DNA from: an uncultured Methanosarcinales archaeon
Lineage (GTDB): Archaea > Nanobdellota > Nanobdellia > Woesearchaeales > CAZOXR01
Assembly (NCBI GenBank): GCA_964566535.1
Contig: CAZMIO010000005.1
Coordinates: 3,271-67,270 of the forward strand
Reading direction: 5' to 3'
DNA: 64,000 nucleotides
Shown: positions 30,237-40,095 of the stretch, piece after piece
Numbering within the stretch: the first letter of the stretch is position 1
How the letters are laid out: each line of letters opens with the position of its first letter
Program-made: the position numbers and the translations under genes
Notes under the pieces: generated by a model
The model's input: the letters and a program-made list of their open reading frames with translations, nothing else
Told to the model about the DNA's origin: nothing
The model's database searches: none

Positions 30237-31025
30237 TTATTTCTCAAATTTAGTCTCCATAAGAATTAACGATGCTACTTTCTGGAATGTGAAGTTACTA
30301 TTTTTTGAGAAATGGAGGGCAGCGAATTTTTCAAACTCTGGGTCTAGCTTTTCGTCATAATAAATATTTGATTTCCAATAATTACGGAGATCTTCTATTG
30401 TCGGGATAATGATATTATTGACGAATCTGTAACAGTTTACTGTGCTGAAGTTGTTTATAGCAAATGGAAGAATTTCATCTGTCATGAATGTTGTTGTTGA
30501 TTTTTTTACTCTTTCTGAAAGGTCCATGAATTGGTAGATAAAATCAAACCATCCCTTATTGTTGTTTGAATAGGGTCCCATTATTGCTATACGTCCGTTT
30601 TGATTTAACATGTTATTGAGATTTTTTAAGAGGGCGTTTATGTCATTAGTATAGTATGCTGCATAGATTGATGTTATGATATCAAATTTTTGAGATGTTA
30701 GTTCTGGGTCTAGATTATCCATGTTCTGCTCAAGAAATTTTATTTTTAGCTGTTGTTTCTTGCTATTTTCTTCTGCTTCCTTTAGAGATTTGCCTGATAA
30801 ATCTGCTCCTGTGCAAGCAAACTCTGTTTGGATTTCTTTTGCAAAAGAGAGAAGGTGATTGCCTGTTCCGCATCCCAAATCAAATAGGTTATCTTCCTTC
30901 TTTAGATTTAGTTTAGGGATTAGCCAAGAAGTTAGGTTTGCGTCTCCAAAGCTCTGGTTGGTCTGGATTCTGCAATCCAGTTCTTCAGTTAATTGAGATG
31001 ATTCTTTTTCTTTCAATCTATCCAC
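30237..31025 (-). CDS. Class I SAM-dependent methyltransferase
   Basis: LFDLGCGTG, GADLS, FDIITS. Confidence 0.87.
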   Translation of the reverse strand: MDRLKEKESSQLTEELDCRIQTNQSFGDANLTSWLIPKLNLKKEDNLFDLGCGTGNHLLSFAKEIQTEFACTGADLSGKSLKEAEENSKKQQLKIKFLEQNMDNLDPELTSQKFDIITSIYAAYYTNDINALLKNLNNMLNQNGRIAIMGPYSNNNKGWFDFIYQFMDLSERVKKSTTTFMTDEILPFAINNFSTVNCYRFVNNIIIPTIEDLRNYWKSNIYYDEKLDPEFEKFAALHFSKNSNFTFQKVASLILMETKFEK

Positions 31026-31636
31026 CTGATTATTTCATATGCTTCTGCAAATTCGAAATTGGCCATGGCCCCCCTCAGCTTTGCAAGGTTTTTTATCATT
31101 TCTTGGCTTCTCATAGCCCTTACTTGAGAATTGTGCAATGAGTAGCCCTTATTTTTTCTTTCAATATCTATCCTTATAAAATGATTTGGATTGAATTTCT
31201 TATGTGACCACAAAAAATCATGGATTGCTTCGTAGATAATTACTTTTTTAACAAAGAAGTTCTTGTCATGAGGCCTTAATGCAACTTGACATGCATTGAA
31301 TATAGTTTGATGGTCCTGGTTGAATCCAGAATGAGGGATGTATATCTTGTCTGGCTGCAATTTGTTGATTGTATCTTCAATCTTTCCTATGAAATCAGTA
31401 ATATTGAAGTGATTTACTTTGTTTTCGTAATCTATTTCGTATTTGAACCCGAAGAATTCAGCAACCGCTTTGATTTCCTTTTCCTGCTCTGAGACAGGGA
31501 TCCTATGGTCGGGATCTGGTGGAAGCTTACTTTCATCAATACCGCAAAAGTAGACGTAAGTGTTGTCGTCTAATATTCCGCCACATCCTAAGACTTCGTC
31601 GTCAATATGCGGTGCGATGATTAGTTTTTTTACCAT
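31013..31636 (-). CDS. PIG-L/LmbE family de-N-acetylase
   Basis: IIAPHIDDEVLGCGG, NQDH, HNSQ, EAYE. Confidence 0.9.
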   Translation of the reverse strand: MVKKLIIAPHIDDEVLGCGGILDDNTYVYFCGIDESKLPPDPDHRIPVSEQEKEIKAVAEFFGFKYEIDYENKVNHFNITDFIGKIEDTINKLQPDKIYIPHSGFNQDHQTIFNACQVALRPHDKNFFVKKVIIYEAIHDFLWSHKKFNPNHFIRIDIERKNKGYSLHNSQVRAMRSQEMIKNLAKLRGAMANFEFAEAYEIIRWID

Positions 31637-31745
31637 TTAAATACCTCTTTTAGAGGAGGTCATTATTTAGTTTAAATATTTTTTCTCTTCTAATGATGCT
31701 TAGATAAACACCATCAAATTTAAAAAAGAATATGTATTCACTCTG

Positions 31746-32729
31746 ATGATGGTATCTTTAACAGTTATTACTCCCATGTATAATGAAGAGGGTGTTATTT
31801 CTGATACTGTTAAAGAGTTAAGGGATACTGTTTCTAAGGATTTTGAGAAGTTTGAACTGATATTTGTTGATGATGGTTCTGTTGATGATACATATAATGT
31901 TGTTGACTCTTTTGCTAAGAAAGATAAGCGGATAAAGGTATTTAGGCATAGGTCTAACTTTGGGAGAGGGGCTGCATTAAGGACTGGATTTAGACATGCT
32001 GCCGGTGAGGTGGTTGTAACTATTGATGCTGATTTGAGTTATAGTCCTTCTTATATTCCATTATTAATTCAGAAGATGGATGATAGCGGTGCTGATGTTG
32101 TTTTGGGTTCTACATTTATGAACGGAGCTAGGATGATTAATGTTCCTTTGTTTAGGGCATTGTTGTCTAAAATTGGAAATAAGGTATTGACCTTTTCTAT
32201 TGATAAGAAACTGACTGTTATTACGTGTGTGTTTAGGGCTTATAAGAAAGAAGTTATTGATTCTTTAGATATAGAAGCTGATGATAAGACGGTGCATCTT
32301 GAAATCCTTTCTAAGGTTTTAGATATGGGGTATAAGGTTGAAGAAGTTCCTACTTCATTGAAATGGAGGAAATTTAGGGCTGATAAGAATAAGGAGAAGA
32401 AAAGGAAGTCCAAATTTAAGATTGGAAGTGTATTTACGCATGCTTTGTTTACATTTTCAGAGAAGCCGTTTTTGTTGCTTGGCTCTATTGCTTTTCTTAT
32501 GATAGTTTTTGGATTGGGGATTGGAGGGTTTATTGTATATAGCTGGCTTGCAGATCCTCATGGGACTGGCAAAAGTGCTTTGCTTATTCTTATGCTGGTG
32601 TTGCTTGTAGGTGGACTTCAGGTATTGTTTTTTAATTTTCTAGCCGTGCAGAATAGGAATGTGGTTAAGAGAATGAATAGATTGCAAAGAGATGTTTTGT
32701 TGAAGGGTAAGGGAAGTAAAGACAAGTAA
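31746..32729 (+). CDS. GT2 glycosyltransferase (polyprenol-phosphate sugar synthase-like, 2 C-terminal TMs)
   Basis: ITPMYNEE, VDDGSVD, NFGRGAA, IDADLSY. Confidence 0.92.
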   Translation: MMVSLTVITPMYNEEGVISDTVKELRDTVSKDFEKFELIFVDDGSVDDTYNVVDSFAKKDKRIKVFRHRSNFGRGAALRTGFRHAAGEVVVTIDADLSYSPSYIPLLIQKMDDSGADVVLGSTFMNGARMINVPLFRALLSKIGNKVLTFSIDKKLTVITCVFRAYKKEVIDSLDIEADDKTVHLEILSKVLDMGYKVEEVPTSLKWRKFRADKNKEKKRKSKFKIGSVFTHALFTFSEKPFLLLGSIAFLMIVFGLGIGGFIVYSWLADPHGTGKSALLILMLVLLVGGLQVLFFNFLAVQNRNVVKRMNRLQRDVLLKGKGSKDK

Positions 32730-32760
32730 TGACAAGTAAGGATGAGTAAGGACTAGTAAA
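32711..32760 (+). repeat. Five degenerate 10-nt tandem units (G...AGTAA.)
   Basis: gggaagtaaa gacaagtaat gacaagtaag gatgagtaag gactagtaaa. Confidence 0.7.
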
Positions 32761-32796
32761 AGTAAAGACGTAGGAGAACAAGACTAAGGTAATTGA

Positions 32797-34452
32797 TTAA
32801 GAAAAGGTAATTAGTATGTCTTTTTCTGGGTTTGTGTTGTTTATCTCTAATTGGATGTTTTGTTGGGTGTGGTGTGTGCTTATCTTGTAGTTGCTCTTTA
32901 TGTTTAGTTTTTTTGATGTTGGGATTGTTAGTTGGATGGTTTTGTGGCTTTTGGTTGTTGTTAAGATGTATTTTGTCTTGTTATTTTTGATAGTTCTTTG
33001 TTTTAGTTGGATGTTGCTTCTTTGATCCAGCCAATTGATGTAATCTATTGGGGAGCAAAGGTGAACGTTTTCTGAGACTGCCCAATCTAGAAGTTTTGAG
33101 TAGATTTTTGACCATGAGGGGTAATCTAGGTTATTGAAAACTCTGTTATGCCATACGACTGAGGCGCATCCTTGGTTGTTTTTTATTATTTTTAGTAGTT
33201 TTAGTGTTTCTTTCCAGACATTGTCTTTTGATTTTACGTTTCTGTCAAAGAAAATTCCGTCCATGATGATGAGAGGGAGTTCTGTTGTTTTGTAATGTTG
33301 GGAAGGGTTTTTTATTGGTTTGAATGGAAGACAGATTGATGCTCTGAAACCATTGATGTCTCTGAAGCCGTAGGTTGTATCATACCTCATGTTGTTTTCT
33401 TCGTAGATTTCGAAGGTTGAGAGAGTGGAGAATCTTAGGAAGTGTTGTCTTCCCCCTTGGATCTTCAGGTTTATGGTTGTTTCTAGCTTGTTTTTTTCTT
33501 CTGTCAACAGTTCTTGGTTGTTGAATGACTCGTAGCTTCCATGCAGAGCTATCTCTTTGTTGTTCTCTTTTAGGAGGGTGAATATTTCTTTGAGATTATC
33601 TGAGGAGATATCGTATCTTGGATTGATTATGCGTTCTTTTAGTGATTGCTGATTGTTATCTGTCTTTACGAAGAAGTTGAATGAGGATGAGATGTTGTGT
33701 TCTTTTTCTATTTCGATAATTTTTTTGAACTGGTTGTAGTCTGTGAATGAGAAGAGCTTTATGAATAATTGGAAAAGTTCTTCGAATGATGCACTTAGTC
33801 TTGCTTTTCTTAATAGTGTTGATATCCTGACTAATGAGTGTCGTAAATGTTTTAATCTGTCTATGGCGTCTTTTTTAATCCCATCTACGTCGTGGGTTAA
33901 GCATATTGTTGCTTGTGCAAAGTTTGGATGGAGTGGCTTTTCTATAGGGGTGGTGTTGTTTGAACCTACTAAGTTAAGCATTATCTCTTTTAATAGGAAT
34001 ATTGATTGGTTGATTATTGGCTGGGAAAAATGGTCTTTGTCAAATCTATTTAAGTCAGACAAGTGGAGGTTTTTGGAAAGTGAGTTTATGAATGTTCCAT
34101 TCTCTTCAAGGTTTTTTTCGTGTTCTAATGATAAAAAGTAGATGATTGGCTTTATTATGTCGAAGTTTATGTTGATTTGGTTTAGATTTTTTTCTTTTTT
34201 TGTTGTTATTGGTGAGTCTGATGTGTCTTGTTCTGATCCTGATTTTGAGATGTTGATGAGTGCTTTGTGCTGTATGTTTTTTTGGGCCAGGGAATAGTTT
34301 ATGATTAGGTCGAATTGATTTAGGTTTTTTGGAGGGGTTGTTGAGAAGTTTAGATTTGAGAGAGTTCCTAATATTTCGAAGATGTATCTGAAGACGAGTT
34401 CTTCTTTGGTCGATATTTTATCAAGTAGTATTAAAATGTTCATCTTAGCCAA
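32797..34452 (-). CDS. Polysaccharide deacetylase-like (CE4/NodB fold) protein
   Basis: CLTHDVD, EIALHGS, GGRQHFLRF, YDTT.GF, GFRAS.C.PF, ELPLIIMD, VVWH. Confidence 0.85.
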   Translation of the reverse strand: MAKMNILILLDKISTKEELVFRYIFEILGTLSNLNFSTTPPKNLNQFDLIINYSLAQKNIQHKALINISKSGSEQDTSDSPITTKKEKNLNQININFDIIKPIIYFLSLEHEKNLEENGTFINSLSKNLHLSDLNRFDKDHFSQPIINQSIFLLKEIMLNLVGSNNTTPIEKPLHPNFAQATICLTHDVDGIKKDAIDRLKHLRHSLVRISTLLRKARLSASFEELFQLFIKLFSFTDYNQFKKIIEIEKEHNISSSFNFFVKTDNNQQSLKERIINPRYDISSDNLKEIFTLLKENNKEIALHGSYESFNNQELLTEEKNKLETTINLKIQGGRQHFLRFSTLSTFEIYEENNMRYDTTYGFRDINGFRASICLPFKPIKNPSQHYKTTELPLIIMDGIFFDRNVKSKDNVWKETLKLLKIIKNNQGCASVVWHNRVFNNLDYPSWSKIYSKLLDWAVSENVHLCSPIDYINWLDQRSNIQLKQRTIKNNKTKYILTTTKSHKTIQLTIPTSKKLNIKSNYKISTHHTQQNIQLEINNTNPEKDILITFS

Positions 34453-35530
34453 ATTTTTCTAATTCTTCCATTATTGTTGTACTTGGTTTTTCTTTTGGCT
34501 CTTTTTTTTCTAGATGGGGATTGAATGAGTTTATTGCGTTTAGTATCTTTTCTTTGTCTGCTCCTACGAGGATGTTTGCTTTTTGGTCTATTGTGTTTGT
34601 CCATTCGGTTGTAGTTCTTAAGGTTATACAAGGTGTTGCTAATTGGAATGCTTCGTTTTGTATGCCTCCTGAGTCTGTTAAGACTTTTTTTGCGTTTTTC
34701 TGCAGGATGAGCATGTCGAAATAGTTTATTGGTTCTATGAGTTTTATTTTGCTGGAGTTTATTTTTTCGATATTGTTTGATTGTTCTAATGCTTTTTTTG
34801 TTCTTGGATGTGCTGGGAAGATTATTGTTTCGTTTGATTCGATCATTGCTTCTACTATGTTGTTTAGATTGTCTATGTTGTCAGTGTTGCTTTGGCGATG
34901 GACTGTTGCTAAGTGGTACTGCTGAGGGTTTAAGTTTAGCTGGTTTAGTATGTTTGAGGTTGCTTCTGCTTTTTTTATATTATTTCCGAGGGATTCATCC
35001 ATTATGTTTCCTATTACGTGGATGTTTTCTGTTATGTTTTCTTTTATCAGGTTTTGTTTGGATGCGTTGTCTGGGCAGAATAAGATTGTTGAGCAGTGGT
35101 CTGTAATTATCCTGTTTATTTCTTCGGGCATGTCTTTATCGAAAGAGCGCATGCCTGCTTCGATGTGGGCTGTTTTTATGTGTAATTTTTTTGCTGCTAA
35201 TGCTCCTGCTAGGGTGGAGTTTGTGTCTCCGAATATGACTACCCAGTCAGGCTTTTCTTTTATCAATGTTTGTTCAATCTTTTCAAGCATAATTGCTGTT
35301 TGTTGCCCTTGTGGTCCGGAGCCCACATTTAGATTGTAGTTGGGTTCTGGAATTCCTAATTGTTTGAAGAAAGAATCTGACATGTTTTTGTCGTAGTGCT
35401 GGCCTGTGTGAATTATTATGTGGTTGTGAATAGGGTTGTGATTGTTGTTAGAGTTGTTTGAGAAGGCTATTGATAATGGGGCTAGTTTTATGAACTGGGG
35501 CCTTGCACCGACTATGCTGCAGATTTTCAT
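34445..35530 (-). CDS. wecB: UDP-N-acetylglucosamine 2-epimerase (non-hydrolysing)
   Basis: VGARPQFIK, HTGQHYD, FGDTNS, HIEAGMRS, PEEINR, HRQSN, TDSGGIQ. Confidence 0.95.
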   Translation of the reverse strand: MKICSIVGARPQFIKLAPLSIAFSNNSNNNHNPIHNHIIIHTGQHYDKNMSDSFFKQLGIPEPNYNLNVGSGPQGQQTAIMLEKIEQTLIKEKPDWVVIFGDTNSTLAGALAAKKLHIKTAHIEAGMRSFDKDMPEEINRIITDHCSTILFCPDNASKQNLIKENITENIHVIGNIMDESLGNNIKKAEATSNILNQLNLNPQQYHLATVHRQSNTDNIDNLNNIVEAMIESNETIIFPAHPRTKKALEQSNNIEKINSSKIKLIEPINYFDMLILQKNAKKVLTDSGGIQNEAFQLATPCITLRTTTEWTNTIDQKANILVGADKEKILNAINSFNPHLEKKEPKEKPSTTIMEELEKFG

Positions 35531-35561
35531 TTTTTTGGATTGTTATATAGTTACTAGAATG

Positions 35562-36641
35562 TTATTGGAAGCTTTGGATTGAGGTTATTATCTTGTTTAT
35601 GTCATCTTCTGTTAAGGATGGGTGGACTGGTAGTGAGAGTACTTCTTTGCTTAGGGCTTCTGTTACTGGAAAATCTCCTTCTTTGTATCCTAGATTTTTG
35701 AGGAATAGGTGTAGTGGTTTTGGGTAGTAGATGTTTGAACCGACATCGTTATTCTTTAGGTGTTCTGCGAGTCCGTCTCTTTTGTTGTCTTTTACTTTTA
35801 TTGTGTATTGGTGGAAGACGTGCTTTGCCCCTTCTTTTACTACAGGAGTTTGTATTAAGTCTAATTGTTTTAATTGTGATGTTAGCTTGTTTGCGTTTTC
35901 TATTCTTTTGTTTGTGAGATCCTGGAATTTTTCTAATTGTGCAAGACCTATTGCTGCTGCAATGTCAGTCATACGGTAGTTGTAGCCGATATTGTGGTAT
36001 TCGTATCTTTTTGATTGTCCATGGTTACGAAACATTAAGGTTGATTCGATTAGATCCTCTGAGTTTGTTGTTACCATCCCACCTTCTCCGGTAGTCATGT
36101 TTTTTGTTGCATAGAAACTGAAACATCCTATGTCTGCTACGCTTCCTGCTTTTTTTCCGCCTAGTTCTGCTCCATGTGCCTGACATGCATCTTCGATTAT
36201 TGGTATGTTATGTTCTTTTGCTATAGGGTTTAGAGTAGATGTATCGTAGATTTGGCCGTATAGGTCAACTGCTATGATTGCTTTTGTTTTCTCTGTTATT
36301 TTCTCTTTTACTTTGTTAGGGTCAATATTGAATGTGTTACTGTCTATGTCTACGAACACTGGCTTTGCTTTCTGCATGATTATTGGGGAAGCCGTTGCTA
36401 TGAATGAGAAGGGAGTTGTTATTACTTCGTCTCCTTCTTTTATGTTTAGAGCGTTTAGTGCTGTATGGATTGCTGCAGTTCCTGAGTTTAGCGCTGCTGC
36501 GAATTTTGTGCCGCATAGATTTGAGAATTTTTCTTCGAATTCTTTTACTTTTTGGCCTTGTGCTATAATACCACTGTCTAGAACTTCTAAAACGTTGTCT
36601 TTCTCTTTTTGACCGAGATGTGGTTTTGATATGTTTATCAT
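35562..36641 (-). CDS. DegT/DnrJ/EryC1/StrS family sugar aminotransferase
   Basis: NSGTAA, EDACQAHGA, FSFYATKNMTTGEGG, GYNYRM, LSLP. Confidence 0.95.
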   Translation of the reverse strand: MINISKPHLGQKEKDNVLEVLDSGIIAQGQKVKEFEEKFSNLCGTKFAAALNSGTAAIHTALNALNIKEGDEVITTPFSFIATASPIIMQKAKPVFVDIDSNTFNIDPNKVKEKITEKTKAIIAVDLYGQIYDTSTLNPIAKEHNIPIIEDACQAHGAELGGKKAGSVADIGCFSFYATKNMTTGEGGMVTTNSEDLIESTLMFRNHGQSKRYEYHNIGYNYRMTDIAAAIGLAQLEKFQDLTNKRIENANKLTSQLKQLDLIQTPVVKEGAKHVFHQYTIKVKDNKRDGLAEHLKNNDVGSNIYYPKPLHLFLKNLGYKEGDFPVTEALSKEVLSLPVHPSLTEDDINKIITSIQSFQ

Positions 36642-36825
36642 TTTCTTTTTTAGGCGGTTAGGATTAACCTTATCTCCTTTTATATGTGGGGAAATAAAGC
36701 TGTTTTTTAATTCTTTTTGTTTTGTAAGTTAGTTGTAAGTAAGTAAGGGGGAAATTTTATAAATAGTTGGTCAATATCTACCGAGTGATAAGGGGGCTTG
36801 GTTGTTGTAAGAGTTAGATGATAAA

Positions 36826-37197
36826 ATGAGGAAGTATATAAAGAATTTTTCAGTATTCTTAGTGATTGGAGCTGTTCAATCAGTGTTACAGGTTTTCTTA
36901 TTATGGGTGTTGATTGATATATTAAAATTTAATACGTTGATTATAACTACGATTGTGACTATTGGGATTTATGTTGCTAAATATTATGTTTATGTTTTTG
37001 TTGGGCTGATGAAGAATCAGTTCATGAAGTATAATGTCATTAATCTAGCCACAATGGTGGTTAGTATACTAGCTATATGGATTTTGGTTGATTTTTTTGG
37101 ATGGTATGCTTCAATTAGCACAATGGTGCTTGCTGTCATCTTCTTGGTCTTGAGGTTTGTTATCTTCGATAAGGCCGGTATGGTGAATAATGTTTAA
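36826..37197 (+). CDS. GtrA-like 4-TM protein (putative flippase)
   Basis: Four TM helices, KNFSVFLVIG start and ..LRFVIF end typical of GtrA. Confidence 0.65.
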   Translation: MRKYIKNFSVFLVIGAVQSVLQVFLLWVLIDILKFNTLIITTIVTIGIYVAKYYVYVFVGLMKNQFMKYNVINLATMVVSILAIWILVDFFGWYASISTMVLAVIFLVLRFVIFDKAGMVNNV

Positions 37198-37732
37198 AAT
37201 GCTAGAAGAAAAAGATGTAATCAAGCTTAATGACTCTCGCTATAAGGGGCTTGTTAGGATATATTTTAGAAAGGTTATGGAAACTATGATTGGTTTTGGC
37301 GGATTGGGGAATGAAGAAGGACTGATTCTGGATTTTGGTTGTGGTTCTAACCCCCTTAAAAAAATATTGCCCGATAAAAATATTGTAGGGTATGACATAA
37401 TAGATGAGTTAAGTGATGTTCGGGATTATTCTGCGCTTAGGCCTTCTGTGATATTTTGTAATGGTGTTTTTGTGTATTTAACTGAGGAGGAGCTTGTGAA
37501 ATTGCTAGGTGATTTTAAGAAGATGAATAGTGATGCGAAACTTGTGGTTTGTAACTCTAAATTAAATCTGATTTCGAGGATTGGCAAATATTTAGTTAGA
37601 AGGGGTAAGGCTCATGATTCTGTCAAAATAGATTATAGGAAAATAAATAAGATTATATCAAATGAATGTAACTTATTGAAGAGGAAGGCTGTCTTTAATA
37701 TGTGTGAAGTTAGTCTATATGAATTTAAGTAG
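37190..37732 (+). CDS. SAM-dependent methyltransferase-like protein
   Basis: ILDFGCG, VGYD. Confidence 0.75.
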   Translation: MFKMLEEKDVIKLNDSRYKGLVRIYFRKVMETMIGFGGLGNEEGLILDFGCGSNPLKKILPDKNIVGYDIIDELSDVRDYSALRPSVIFCNGVFVYLTEEELVKLLGDFKKMNSDAKLVVCNSKLNLISRIGKYLVRRGKAHDSVKIDYRKINKIISNECNLLKRKAVFNMCEVSLYEFK

Positions 37733-37761
37733 ATTTAACAATGTAGTAAGGTATTTTAAAA

Positions 37762-40095
37762 ATGAGATTACGGCTAAAAAAAATAAAACCTCATTTAACA
37801 TATATTATCCTATTTATAGTCATATTTTCATTTTTCTATGGAGCGTATTATAATTTAAATTGGATAGTTGCTCTTGAGCCGTTGACATTTTATCTTGCAA
37901 AAATTGAATTTTTAGGGCAATCGATGAAGACGTATCATGATATCTTTCCTTTGTGGAATCCTTACACTATGGGTGGGCAGCCTTATATTGGTGGACCAGA
38001 TAATCCACAAATGACTTCAATAATTGGACTGCTGCTGCTGATATTTGATGGGTCAAATTACGTCTATACATTACTTGTGTTAATTGATCTGTTTTTGGCT
38101 GGAGTTATGATGTATTTACTGTTGATGTACTTAACAAAAGACAAAAATGCAGCATTCCTCTCTGCAATAGTCTATGTGTTTAATCCATGGATATCTACTA
38201 ATGTTGCTGCTGCTGGCCTAACTACGCTGAATGTTTATTGGCTGGTTCCACTGCTTATGATTTTTGTGATTAAGGCATTTAAGAAAGATAATTGGGTGTT
38301 TAATTCTGTTATAGCAGGGTTGATATTTTCATTGCTCATCAGGTTTAGTACTGGGCTTAAGGTATTTCTCTTTGTGGCTTTACTTTTTGGAACTTACATA
38401 ATAGTTTATGTTATTGGTAAGAATTTTCGGAATAAACTTATTAAGGCATTTTTTGTTGTATTGATTATTGTTGCAATTACATTTGGTACTAATGCGCAAT
38501 TCATCCTTCCAGAAAAAGAGTTTCTTGATATGACTGCTAGAGGTCATCTTTCATGGGAGCAAAGCAGTGGAGGTAAGTTTCCTTTAAAGGACTTAATGTC
38601 ATTTGTTGAGCCTTTCTATGAAGGCTGGCCCCAATTTAGAAGAGAGGGGGCTTCGAGAAATATTGGAATTGTTGCTTTTATCCTTTTTGGGTTTGCAGTT
38701 TTTAAATATTGGAGAAATAAAAAAGTATTGACTTTTTCTCTTGGTGCTTTGATATCTATCCTTATTGTTACTGGGTCGCCATTCTATTACCTTTTGTGGA
38801 AATATGTACCTCCATTCCATAGTTTTAGGCATACACACAGGGCTGCGGTTTTGTATATCTTTACAATGTCTGTTCTTGTTGGCTATGGTTTTTTGGCTTT
38901 ACGTTCTGTGCTGAAAGAAAAGTGGGATAAACTTAATGATAAGATGATTTTTGTTGTTGTGACTTTATTGGTACTGCTCAATGTTGTAGTTTTGGGTATA
39001 AGTCCATATGCTATTGAGATAGGAGATATTACGCCTGCCTTAGAGAAAGACTATCTAATGCAGGAAGTGTCAAAAGATGAAGCTATCTTTAGGATTAAAG
39101 TCTTTGAAACAAATGGGATTGATTGGGGAACTGAATTTAGCTACCTTCGTTATGGAATAGGTGGGCTGTATGGAAATACTGGAATCTGGCTGACTGAGTG
39201 GATGAATGAGTTTTTAGCAGTTGGGTTGAGGCAGCGTGCAAAATTCTGGGGGATATTTAATGTGAAGTATGTCCAGTCATTAAGCAACATTAGTGTAGAG
39301 GGATTGGAGTTTGTAGAAAAATTTGAGAAATGTACTGAGTGTTACCCGGTAAATCCCAATCTTGAAAAAATGTTTGGGAACTATCTTTTTGAGAATAAAA
39401 AGTTCTTGCCTCGAGCATATTTTGTTGATGATTCGGTATTGGTTGTTGGCGAGGAAATTTCTAAGAGGCAGACTATCTTGCAATTTATGCTTGATGAGAA
39501 TTTTGATCCATCCAAGTCAGTCTTTATTAAAGGTAAGGATATGCTAAATCAATATAGCTTTAGTGAACTTGAGAAGTACTCTTCTATTGTTCTTGTTAGT
39601 GGTTCTGTTGATGAAAATAGTGGAAGTATATTGAAAAGGTACGTTGATGGTGGAGGAGTGGTGTTGCCCGACTTATTAGGGGGAGAGACAGTTGTAACTG
39701 CCGATGATGTCAAGGAGATGTTTGGCGGCTTTAATGGAAGTTTGAGAGAGGTTGGTGATGAGAACTACATAACTCATAAGTTTGGAAGATATGAAGTTAA
39801 GGTTAATGGGAAGAAAGGCTTTTTAGTACTGAGTGAGAAGTTTTCTTCATTTCCCGGATGGATGGCTTTGGCTGATGGGAAGGACCTTGGTGTGATGAAA
39901 GCGGATGGTATGATAACTGCCGTTTATGTTGATAATGAGTATGATAGTGTGATGATGGAATATATGCCTCGAAGTGTGGTAATTGGTCGGAATATCACTG
40001 TTTTTACATTCATATTAGTAGGGATTTACTTTGCTTGGTATATTTTTGGTAGACGGAAGAAGGTTGTTGAGGGAGATGATGTCCGGAAGACTTAA
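37762..40095 (+). CDS. YfhO-family GT-C membrane glycosyltransferase-like protein, copy 1
   Basis: PLWNPYTMGGQP, about 12 TMs, KFLPRAY, LVLSEKFSSFPGW.A..DG, KADG...AV, EYMP, C-terminal TM. Confidence 0.85.
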   Translation: MRLRLKKIKPHLTYIILFIVIFSFFYGAYYNLNWIVALEPLTFYLAKIEFLGQSMKTYHDIFPLWNPYTMGGQPYIGGPDNPQMTSIIGLLLLIFDGSNYVYTLLVLIDLFLAGVMMYLLLMYLTKDKNAAFLSAIVYVFNPWISTNVAAAGLTTLNVYWLVPLLMIFVIKAFKKDNWVFNSVIAGLIFSLLIRFSTGLKVFLFVALLFGTYIIVYVIGKNFRNKLIKAFFVVLIIVAITFGTNAQFILPEKEFLDMTARGHLSWEQSSGGKFPLKDLMSFVEPFYEGWPQFRREGASRNIGIVAFILFGFAVFKYWRNKKVLTFSLGALISILIVTGSPFYYLLWKYVPPFHSFRHTHRAAVLYIFTMSVLVGYGFLALRSVLKEKWDKLNDKMIFVVVTLLVLLNVVVLGISPYAIEIGDITPALEKDYLMQEVSKDEAIFRIKVFETNGIDWGTEFSYLRYGIGGLYGNTGIWLTEWMNEFLAVGLRQRAKFWGIFNVKYVQSLSNISVEGLEFVEKFEKCTECYPVNPNLEKMFGNYLFENKKFLPRAYFVDDSVLVVGEEISKRQTILQFMLDENFDPSKSVFIKGKDMLNQYSFSELEKYSSIVLVSGSVDENSGSILKRYVDGGGVVLPDLLGGETVVTADDVKEMFGGFNGSLREVGDENYITHKFGRYEVKVNGKKGFLVLSEKFSSFPGWMALADGKDLGVMKADGMITAVYVDNEYDSVMMEYMPRSVVIGRNITVFTFILVGIYFAWYIFGRRKKVVEGDDVRKT

